A DNA stretch of 35,208 bases. It comes from Candidatus Rokuibacteriota bacterium (GTDB lineage Bacteria; Methylomirabilota; Methylomirabilia; Rokubacteriales; DASRDR01). The notes beneath the pieces were generated by a model. The model searched no databases and had not been told where the DNA came from. It saw only the letters and a program-made list of their open reading frames with translations. The stretch covers positions 1-35,208 of the forward strand of contig JBIOTN010000073.1 of the NCBI GenBank assembly GCA_044866005.1, written 5' to 3'. A program made the position numbers and the translations under genes. Below, one piece after another: positions 7,372 to 14,763 of this stretch (positions are counted from its first letter, which is position 1; each line of letters starts with the position of its first letter).

Positions 7372-8343
7372 CTACTGGCGCTCGGTCTGGCGAAAAAAGC
7401 CGATCACCCGCCGGAGGGTCTCGTCGAGCGGGATCCGCGGACGGTAGCCCACCGCGCGCTCCGCCTTGCCGATGTCCGGCACGCGCCGGCGGAGGTCCTC
7501 GAACCCCGGCTGGTACGCCTGGTCGTAGGGGACGTGGACGATCGCCGAGGCGCTCGCCGCAAGCGCTTTCACGCGCGTGGCCAGGTCGCCGATGGTGACC
7601 TCTTCGGGAGTCCCGACGTTGAAGACCTCCCCCGGAGACTGGGGGCTCAGGGAGAGCGCGATCGTGGCCCGGACGGCGTCCTCCACGTCCGTGAAGGCGC
7701 GCGACTGCCGGCCGTCGCCGTAGACCGTGATCGGGCGGCCGTCGAGCGCCTGCCGCACGAAGCGCGGCACGACCATGCCATAGCGACCCGTCTGCCGCGG
7801 ACCGACCGTGTTGAAGAACCGGAGGATCACGACCGGGAGGCCGCGCTCTCGATGGTAGGCGAGGCCGAGGAACTCGTCGATGGCCTTGGAGCACGCGTAG
7901 CTCCAGCGGCTCTTCGTGGTGGGCCCGAGCAGCCGGTCGTCCTCCTCCGAGAGGGGGACCCGGTCGTTCTTGCCGTAGATCTCGGACGTCGAGGCGAGGA
8001 CGACGCGGGCCCCCGTGTGCGCCGCGGCGCGCAGGACGACCTCGGTGCCGACGATGTTGGTGGCGATCGTCTCGACCGGCCGCTCCAGGATCAGGCGGAC
8101 CCCGACGGCCGCCGCCAGGTGGTAGACGACGTCGGCGTCGGCGACGAGCTTCTGGACGATCGCCTCGTCCTTCACCGACCCGACGGCGAGGGTGAACCGC
8201 GGATGCCCCTGGACGGCCTGGAGGTTCTCGACCCGGCCGGTGGAGAGGTCGTCGAGGACGACGACCTCGTGGCCGGCCGCCAGAAGGGCCTCCGCCAGGT
8301 GAGAGCCGATGAAGCCCGCGCCGCCGGTGATGACCGCCCGCAC
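7372..8343 (-). CDS. SDR NAD-dependent epimerase/dehydratase (UDP-glucuronate decarboxylase/ArnA-like subgroup)
   Basis: Start moved to GTG 8343 (VRAVITGGAGFIGSHL), since the track's extension translates repeat copy B. Motifs HLAAAVGV, ASTSEIYGK, RWSYACSK, RFFNTVGPRQ, YGMVVPRF, RRVPDI. Confidence 0.85.
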   Translation of the reverse strand: MRAVITGGAGFIGSHLAEALLAAGHEVVVLDDLSTGRVENLQAVQGHPRFTLAVGSVKDEAIVQKLVADADVVYHLAAAVGVRLILERPVETIATNIVGTEVVLRAAAHTGARVVLASTSEIYGKNDRVPLSEEDDRLLGPTTKSRWSYACSKAIDEFLGLAYHRERGLPVVILRFFNTVGPRQTGRYGMVVPRFVRQALDGRPITVYGDGRQSRAFTDVEDAVRATIALSLSPQSPGEVFNVGTPEEVTIGDLATRVKALAASASAIVHVPYDQAYQPGFEDLRRRVPDIGKAERAVGYRPRIPLDETLRRVIGFFRQTERQ

Positions 8344-8356
8344 CGCGTCTGGATTC

Positions 8357-8443
8357 TCGGCGGGGGGCTCTGCCCCCCTACCGATGCCTCGCCCCGGGAT
8401 TGGTTCTGCCGGCAAAGGCGGCGCTCGGCGGCTTCGGTCCGGA
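8357..8443 (+). repeat. REP-like two-hairpin element, copy B
   Basis: TCGGCGGGGGGC-TCT-GCCCCCCTACCGA, TGCCTCGCCCC, GCCGGCAAAGGCGGCGCTCGGCG, GCTTCGGTCCGGA: a diverged copy of A in the same orientation. Confidence 0.75.
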
Positions 8444-8490
8444 GCGCGCGGGCCGTCGGGATGCCGCCAGGTAGTCAAGCATCCTACTGG

Positions 8491-9798
8491 CTAGAGCCAG
8501 ACCACTTTGTCGCGCCCGACCTTCACGTCGCGCGTGGCGTTGCGCGTGTCGAAGACGAGCCGGGCGTGCTCGACGATCCAGTCGTAGTTGAACACCGAGT
8601 GGTCGGTGTGGATCATCACGCAGTGGGGCGCCTCCAGCGCCGCGGGCGTCAGCGGCACCGACGAGAGCTCCCCGTCCTTCAGGCCGAGCCGCGGGATCAG
8701 CGGGTCGTGATAGCCGACCTCGATCCCCTGCTCGCGCAGGAGCTCCAGGATCTTGACCGCCGGGGAGTTGCGCACGTCCGCGACGTTCCGCTTGAAGGTC
8801 ACCCCGAGGAGCAGCACGCGGCTGCCCAGTACCCGCCCGCCCTGACGCGCGAGCAGACGGAAGAGCTTCTGGACCACGAAGTAGGGCATGTTCGCGTTGA
8901 CTTCCGCCGCGCGCATGATGAAGTTCGTGTAGAAGTCGTACTCCTTCGCCTTCCAGGAGAGGTAGATGGGGTCCACGGGGATGCAGTGACCGCCCACGCC
9001 CGGGCCCGGCTGGAAGCTCATGAAGCCGAAGGGCTTCGTGGCTGCGGCCTCCACGACCTCCCAGACGCTGATCCCCATCCGGTCGCAGAGCATCGCCAGC
9101 TCGTTGACCAGCGCGATGTTCACGTTCCGGAAGATGTTCTCGAGGAGCTTCGCCGTCTCCGCGACCTTGGGCGAGGACACGGGGACCACTTTGATGACCG
9201 CCTTCTCGTAGAGCGCGGCGGCGAGGGAGGTGCAGAGGGGCGTCACGCCGCCCACCACCTTGGGCGTGCTCGCGATCTGGTAGTCGCGGTTGCCGGGGTC
9301 GACCCGCTCGGGTGAATAGGCCAGCGAGAAATCGCGCCCGACGCGGAGGCCGCCTCGGCTCAACATCGGGAGCAGCACCTCCTCGGTCGTGCCCGGATAC
9401 GTCGTGCTCTCGAGCACCACGAGCTGGCCCGGCCGGAGCCGGCCCGCGATCCCTTCGACGGCCGCGCGGACGTACGAGAGGTCCGGCTCGCGATTGGCGT
9501 TGAACGGCGTGGGGACGCAGATGATGGCGACGTCGAGCGCCTCGGCTCCGTCCCACGAGGCCTGGGCCGACAGGCGGCCCGCCCGCACCGCGGACGCGAC
9601 CTCCTCCGAGCGCACGTCGCCCACGTAGCTCTCGCCACGCCGGACGCTCGCCACGCGCGCGGCGTCCGGTTCGATGCCGACGACCCGGAAGCCCGCCCGA
9701 GCGAACTCGACGGCGAGCGGCAGCCCCACGTAGCCGAGCCCGGCCACCCCGACGACGGCGCTCCGATCGTCGATGCGACTCCGCAGGCGATCCATCAT
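8491..9798 (-). CDS. Nucleotide-sugar 6-dehydrogenase (UDP-GlcNAc dehydrogenase, WbpA/WecC family)
   Basis: GLGYVGLPLA, ICVPTP, LESTTYPGTT, SPERVDPGN, KLLENIFRNVNIALVNEL, catalytic GGHCIPVDP, FKRNVADVRNSP. GGAGG Shine-Dalgarno; start overlaps the upstream stop. Confidence 0.93.
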   Translation of the reverse strand: MMDRLRSRIDDRSAVVGVAGLGYVGLPLAVEFARAGFRVVGIEPDAARVASVRRGESYVGDVRSEEVASAVRAGRLSAQASWDGAEALDVAIICVPTPFNANREPDLSYVRAAVEGIAGRLRPGQLVVLESTTYPGTTEEVLLPMLSRGGLRVGRDFSLAYSPERVDPGNRDYQIASTPKVVGGVTPLCTSLAAALYEKAVIKVVPVSSPKVAETAKLLENIFRNVNIALVNELAMLCDRMGISVWEVVEAAATKPFGFMSFQPGPGVGGHCIPVDPIYLSWKAKEYDFYTNFIMRAAEVNANMPYFVVQKLFRLLARQGGRVLGSRVLLLGVTFKRNVADVRNSPAVKILELLREQGIEVGYHDPLIPRLGLKDGELSSVPLTPAALEAPHCVMIHTDHSVFNYDWIVEHARLVFDTRNATRDVKVGRDKVVWL

Positions 9799-11642
9799 GT
9801 CAGGCGGCCCTCCGGACGACAGGCGACAGCCCCGTCATTATTGACGGTTGGTCTCGGCCTGTCAAGGAAATCGACCTTCGCGGCCTTGCGCCGCCAGATC
9901 GGTCCGTAACCGACGGGCGCGTAACGCTCCTCGAAGAACGCGCGGAAGTCGGAGGACAGGGCGCGCAGGAACCGGTCGTAGAAGATGAGCGTGGGGGCGA
10001 TGCGCCCGGCTCGCAGATCCGCGAGCAGCGCGCGCCGTTGCGCGTCGGTGAGCGTGGCCTGGATCTCCCGGTGCAGGAAGAAGTAGGGATAGGCGTGTGG
10101 CCGGAAGACGCCGACACCGGTCCAGCCGTCCATGACGGTATCCTGCGGCGTGGTCTGCGCCAGCACGTACCGGATCGCGCCCAGTCGCGCGCTGTTCGTC
10201 CAGCCGGGCGAGGTCTGGGCCAGTCGCAGCAGCGGGTGGACACTCGCGGCCGCCAGGACGAGCGCGAGGGCGAGTTGGCGCGCGCGACCGAGCAGCAGCG
10301 GCACCGCGAGGACCAGGACGCCCGCCCAGAGCGCCATCGAGAGGACCGGGGCGAGGACGGGTGGCTGTGCCACCCGCAGGGCATATCCGAGCGCGACCGC
10401 GGCGAGGACGGCGGCCACCGCCCACTCGGTGTCCGACGCCCAGCGCCAGGCGCGGCGCCGACGCATCACCTCCACGGCGGCGTCGACGACGTCCAGGAGG
10501 AACGTCCCCCCGAGGAGCGCGAGGAGGGGCAGGAACGTCAGGAAGTACTGGGGGTACGGCACCGGGATGATGAACACGCCCGCCAGGAGGCCGAGGGTGT
10601 TCAGGACCAGGACGTAGTCGCCCCGCCGGAGCACCTCCGCCCGAGCGATCCCGGCGACCGACCGCGCCAGTCCGCCGAGGGCCAGCGCGACGAGCAGGGG
10701 ATTCTGGCCTACCAGCCGCCACAGGAAGTCCCCGGGCGCGATGGTGCGACGCCACCCCAGGTTCAGCACGAGGTTGAAGTGGAGGAAGGGCCCGAGCGCC
10801 CCGTGGGCGGCGAACCAGCCGAGCGTGGCGAGCAGGGGCACGGCCAGCCCGCCCAGCGCGAGCGCGACGTCACGGGCTCGTCCGGTGAGCTCGTCGGGCC
10901 CGCGGCGGTCCAGCAGATACCAGAGCATCGTCGGTCCGAGGCCGAGCAGCGCCAGGAGCAGCTTCTGCGTGCACATGAGGCCGGCACCGAAGCACGCCCC
11001 GCTCAGGGCGAATCGCCAGGCGCGCCGATGTCGCGGCCCCTCGGCACGGACTCCGGAGAGGAGCAGGAGCAGGCTCGCCAGCCAGAAGAGCGCCGCCGGG
11101 ACGTCGGGCCGGATCTCCAGGGCCTTCTGGAGGAAGAGCACGGTCTGAGCGAGGAGCAGCACGCCCACCGCCGCCGCGCGCGGGCCGCGCCAGAGCCGGC
11201 CGAGGGCGAACGTCGTGACGAGGATGGCGCCCGTGAGGACCCACATCCACCGCCGCGCGAGGAGGATGAACGCGACCGCGTCGTCACCGCTTCCGTCGAC
11301 GTCGAAGCCCATGACGAGCCCGGCCAGGAGGAAGTAGAGCCAGGGCGTGTGGTGCTCGAAGTAGTCGCGGTAGGGCACGAGCCCCCTGGCCATGGCCCAG
11401 CCGGCATGGAGGTGCTCGAGCTCGTCCAGGTCGAAGCCGCGGATGGCGAGGAGCCGGAACTGCCAGGCGCACACCACGAGGACGAGCAGGCCCGCGGTCA
11501 GGTAGATCGGCAGCGAGTCCTTCCGGTCGGCAGCCCCCGACGCCCTCATGGGGCGACCCGGCGGGTCCGGGGAGGCGTCGGCCCGCCCGCCGTCGGCAGC
11601 CCCGAGGGGCCCGGGCCCGCCCGCCCGACGGGCCCCCGTCAC
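9795..11642 (-). CDS. GT-C fold membrane glycosyltransferase (ArnT/PMT-like)
   Basis: Acidic motif after TM1 (DLDELEHLHAGW...GLVPYRDYFEHHTP), EIRPDVP, TQK, YPQYFL, more than 10 TM helices and a small C-terminal soluble domain. Start is either GTG 11642 (overlapping the upstream stop) or ATG 11549. Confidence 0.7.
   Translation of the reverse strand: MTGARRAGGPGPLGAADGGRADASPDPPGRPMRASGAADRKDSLPIYLTAGLLVLVVCAWQFRLLAIRGFDLDELEHLHAGWAMARGLVPYRDYFEHHTPWLYFLLAGLVMGFDVDGSGDDAVAFILLARRWMWVLTGAILVTTFALGRLWRGPRAAAVGVLLLAQTVLFLQKALEIRPDVPAALFWLASLLLLLSGVRAEGPRHRRAWRFALSGACFGAGLMCTQKLLLALLGLGPTMLWYLLDRRGPDELTGRARDVALALGGLAVPLLATLGWFAAHGALGPFLHFNLVLNLGWRRTIAPGDFLWRLVGQNPLLVALALGGLARSVAGIARAEVLRRGDYVLVLNTLGLLAGVFIIPVPYPQYFLTFLPLLALLGGTFLLDVVDAAVEVMRRRRAWRWASDTEWAVAAVLAAVALGYALRVAQPPVLAPVLSMALWAGVLVLAVPLLLGRARQLALALVLAAASVHPLLRLAQTSPGWTNSARLGAIRYVLAQTTPQDTVMDGWTGVGVFRPHAYPYFFLHREIQATLTDAQRRALLADLRAGRIAPTLIFYDRFLRALSSDFRAFFEERYAPVGYGPIWRRKAAKVDFLDRPRPTVNNDGAVACRPEGRLT
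9832..9865 (-). promoter_or_regulatory. Internal sigma70 promoter with a palindrome over the -10 box
   Basis: TTGACA (9865-9860), 17 nt, AATAAT (9842-9837). Inverted repeat CCGTCA-N4-TGACGG at 9832-9847. Lies in the last codons of the upstream gene. Confidence 0.7.
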
Positions 11643-13399
11643 TCGATGCGCAGAACGGCGCGGACCACCGCGACGTGCCGGCCGGCACAGAGCGCTTCGA
11701 GCGCCCGCATGCGCTCCCCGGGGATCTTCGCGGACGAGACGATGACCTCGCTGATGCGGTGGGCGACCAGCAGCTCGGCCGCGCGGTCGAACCCGCCGAG
11801 TACCGGGACCTCGTGGATCCGCGTGCCGATCTTCGAGCGGTCGTCATCGAGGAAGCCGACGGGTTCGCGTTCCAGCGCCGGATTGTTCCGAAGCTCGCGC
11901 AGCATGAGCTCGCCGCCGTCACCTGCGCCGTAGATCAGGACGCGCCGGAACTGCGCGCGCGCCGGACGGAGCAGCTCGCCGAGCAGGCGGAACGAGACGC
12001 GGCTCCCGGCGAGGAGCATGACGAGCACGAGCCAGTCCAGGATGAAGACCGCCCGCGACAGGCTCCCGAACCGCGCGGCAAAGACGAAGTAGAGCACGCT
12101 CGCGCCGACGCCGACCGTGGCGCCCTTCACGAGCCTCAGCATCTCCGGCAGGCTCGTGTAGCGCCAGAGGCCCTGGTAGCTCCCGAAGAGCGCCAGCGAG
12201 GCGACCTGGAGGATGATCACGGGGCCCACCGTCCGCAGGAAGATCGTCCGATGGCTCTCCACCGCGCCCTCGAACCGCAGGAGGTAGGCCGAGTAGTACG
12301 CCACGAGGATCAGCACGAGGTCGATCGCGACCGTGGCGACCTGCCGCTTGAACGGGAAGTCGGCGACGAGCGGGATGACCGCGCCGGCGGGTGACGCGCC
12401 GCCCTGGACCACGATCTGCACGCGGCTCAGATGCACGCCGATCAGCACGAGCCCGACCAGGAGCAGCGCCATGAGGACGATCGTGTGGCTGAAGCCGTAC
12501 TGGTACGAGGCGACCGCGAGGAGGCCGGAGACGACCGAGGCCGCGCACAGGAAGGCCAGGGCCTGGCGTTCCGTGACCCCCAGGCCGACCAGGCGGTGCG
12601 AGGTGTGGTCCCGCCCGCCGCGATCGACCCGGCGACCGGTGACGAACCGGGTGAGCGTCACGAACGTGGTGTCGAAGATGGGGATCAGCATGAGCAGCAC
12701 CGGCAGGATCAGGACCGCGGTGACCCCGCGGGAGTACGCGTAGCGGCCCATCAGGCACGCGCCGCTGAGGAAGAAGCCCATGAACAGGCTCCCGGCGTCC
12801 CCCATGAAGATCTTGGCCGGAGGAAAGTTCCGGACGAGGAATCCGAGGGCGGCGCCGATGAAGGCCGCCATCAGCCCCGCGCCCTCGAGGTCGCCGTCCA
12901 TCACGAAGAACGCCAGGCGAAAGGCCGCCGCAATCGCGGCCAGGCTGGCCGCGAGGCCGTCCATGTTGTCGAGGAGGTTGAACGCGTTCGTGAGCCCCAC
13001 GAGCCAGAAGAGCGTCAGCGCCACGTTGAGCTCGGGGTATGGCGTCACCCGCAGGCCCGCGCCGAGCTGGATCAGGACGGCGGCGAGGATGATCTGCGCC
13101 ACGAGCTTCGCCTGGGGGCGGATCGGACGCACGTCATCGAAGAGTCCCACCGCGCCCACCCCGAGGGCGAGCAGAAGCAGCGGGGCGAACCGGAGCACTC
13201 CGCTTCCGGCGAGCAGGACGGGGGCCACGACGCCCACCATGACCGCCAGCCCGCCGAGCAGCGGGACCGAGCGCGGGTCCCAGCGATCCTCCCGGGGCTC
13301 GGTCACGAGCCCGCCCCGACGCGCCAGGCGCTCCGCGGCGAGCGTCCCGAGCAGGGTCAGGGCGAAGCCGAGGCCGAACAGCGCCGCGACCCGGATCAT
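11639..13399 (-). CDS. WecA/TagO-like (MraY family) HexNAc-1-phosphate transferase fused to a CapD/PglF-N-terminal-like TM plus Rossmann domain
   Basis: N-terminal part: PLLGG, GLFDD, NAFNLLDNMDGLA, NFPPAKIFMGDAGSLFMG, PIFDT, DHTSHRL. C-terminal part: DLVL...AYLLRFE, YQGLWRYTS, RVLIYGAGDGGE, PVGFLDDD..KIG..I..VPVLG. Confidence 0.88.
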   Translation of the reverse strand: MIRVAALFGLGFALTLLGTLAAERLARRGGLVTEPREDRWDPRSVPLLGGLAVMVGVVAPVLLAGSGVLRFAPLLLLALGVGAVGLFDDVRPIRPQAKLVAQIILAAVLIQLGAGLRVTPYPELNVALTLFWLVGLTNAFNLLDNMDGLAASLAAIAAAFRLAFFVMDGDLEGAGLMAAFIGAALGFLVRNFPPAKIFMGDAGSLFMGFFLSGACLMGRYAYSRGVTAVLILPVLLMLIPIFDTTFVTLTRFVTGRRVDRGGRDHTSHRLVGLGVTERQALAFLCAASVVSGLLAVASYQYGFSHTIVLMALLLVGLVLIGVHLSRVQIVVQGGASPAGAVIPLVADFPFKRQVATVAIDLVLILVAYYSAYLLRFEGAVESHRTIFLRTVGPVIILQVASLALFGSYQGLWRYTSLPEMLRLVKGATVGVGASVLYFVFAARFGSLSRAVFILDWLVLVMLLAGSRVSFRLLGELLRPARAQFRRVLIYGAGDGGELMLRELRNNPALEREPVGFLDDDRSKIGTRIHEVPVLGGFDRAAELLVAHRISEVIVSSAKIPGERMRALEALCAGRHVAVVRAVLRIE

Positions 13400-13474
13400 G
13401 GCCGCGCCACTCCGGGGCCGGCCGCCGGCTCGCTGCGCACGCTCACGGTGGGGACCCTGGCCGGCGGATCCGGC

Positions 13475-14440
13475 TCACCCCTCGCGGTCCCCATCGCCGT
13501 CGGCGCCGGCCTTCGCCCGCCAAGTCCGCCGGCGGACCCGCACCTGATTGACGAGCCCCTTGGCGAGCTCCCGCACCCGCATGGTCAGCCGCTCGCCGCG
13601 CGACATGCGGCGCGCCCGCGCGCCGTAGCGAGGCACGTAGCCGAGATAGCAGAGGAGATCCCCGGTGACGTGCTCGAAGATCTCGACCTGCCGGGGCGTG
13701 AGCTCCCGCTCCCAGGCGTCCACCCGGGCCGGCTCCGGCCGGTGGCCGACCAGGGCATGCTGGCGGGCGCTGTAGCGGTGCGGCCGGAAGCCGCTCCCCT
13801 CCACCATCGCGGGGTCGTAGGCGAGCCCGAGGGCCGGGCAGAGCGCCTGGAGCGTCTTCTCGGGGTCCAGCACGAGGTCCTCGTAGCGAACCCGGACGAC
13901 CCGCTCGGGTCCGAGCGCCGACTCGGCCCCCAGGCCGTACCCGACCTTCTCCGCCCAGAAGTGTCCCGCCCCCTCGATCTCGTTCGGCCCCCAGTCCAGC
14001 GGCATGATCGAGGCCGCCACACCCCGGCCGTCACGCACGATGTGGACCATCCGGGCCTCGGGAAAGAGCGCGAAGAGCGTCGCGGCGCACTGGACGTTCC
14101 GCGGCGAATGCTCGATCCACACGTCGGGGTCCGATCGCCCGAGCTTCCGCCCGTAGCTCTTCACGAGGTACTCCACGAGCTCGCGCGGCGACGCGATCGC
14201 CGCGTCCTCCACCGCAGCGCGGTCGATCTCGACTCCCCACATCTGGAACCGCCAGCCTCGCGCGATCTGGGTCAGGACCGCACCAGGGTCGGCGGCGCCG
14301 CCGCGGCGTTCCCAGAGCCGCAGCATCCCGAACTTCGACGGCATCTCGGGCACGCAGAGGGACGCGGGCGGCACGCCGAGCATCGCCCCCAGCATGGTCG
14401 TGCCGCTGCGGTGGCACCCGCCGATGAACACGGGCCTCAT
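13475..14440 (-). CDS. Sulfotransferase (Sulfotransfer_3-type)
   Basis: MRPVFIGGCHRSGTTMLG (5'-PSB), FPEARMVHIVRDGRGVAAS (3'-PB), VRYEDLV..PE. Confidence 0.9.
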   Translation of the reverse strand: MRPVFIGGCHRSGTTMLGAMLGVPPASLCVPEMPSKFGMLRLWERRGGAADPGAVLTQIARGWRFQMWGVEIDRAAVEDAAIASPRELVEYLVKSYGRKLGRSDPDVWIEHSPRNVQCAATLFALFPEARMVHIVRDGRGVAASIMPLDWGPNEIEGAGHFWAEKVGYGLGAESALGPERVVRVRYEDLVLDPEKTLQALCPALGLAYDPAMVEGSGFRPHRYSARQHALVGHRPEPARVDAWERELTPRQVEIFEHVTGDLLCYLGYVPRYGARARRMSRGERLTMRVRELAKGLVNQVRVRRRTWRAKAGADGDGDREG

Positions 14441-14665
14441 GGCCACGGCGTATGACCCCCCGAGCCGGGAGCGGGCCAGCACGGGCGACTGGCCTCGCTG
14501 GTCGGTCGCGATGAAGCGGACGCCGGGCGTCGGCGAGCCGGGGCGCCCCGGCGACGAGACGTCCAGCGGGCGGGGACCGGTCGTCGGGCAGACGGCACCA
14601 CCGCCGGGCGGCCGAGCCCCGCGCAGGACGAGACGTCACGGTGGGCCTGGCCGCGCACGGCCCCC

Positions 14666-14695
14666 AGCCTAGCGCCCGGACGCGCGAGGGGTCAA
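14666..14695 (-). promoter_or_regulatory. Sigma70-like promoter with a ~220-nt leader before the sulfotransferase-wecA segment
   Basis: TTGACC (14695-14690), 18 nt, TAGGCT (14671-14666), with an AT-richer patch just upstream. Confidence 0.5.
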
Positions 14696-14763
14696 GTAGT
14701 CAGGGTCCGTTGCGGATGATCCTTTAGAGGGAATACCGGGCCGCGGGCGCCGGCACCCCTCCG

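Noticed and set aside
8465..8491. Bulged hairpin and TTGACT after the dehydrogenase stop
   Set aside because: There is no U-tract and no -10 box at the proper spacing, so it is too weak to call as a terminator or promoter.
6109..9315. Long plus-strand ORFs (1068 aa here; also 1422-4220, 12431-14455, 21232-23595, 23813-26617, 29281-31452)
   Set aside because: They are antisense shadows of well-supported minus-strand genes. High GC3 removes stops, and the translations have no family motifs.
14596..14605. GGCGGTGGTG on the minus strand as an ops/JUMPstart element
   Set aside because: It mismatches the GGCGGTAG core, such words are common at this GC content, and no RfaH/NusG paralog is in the window.
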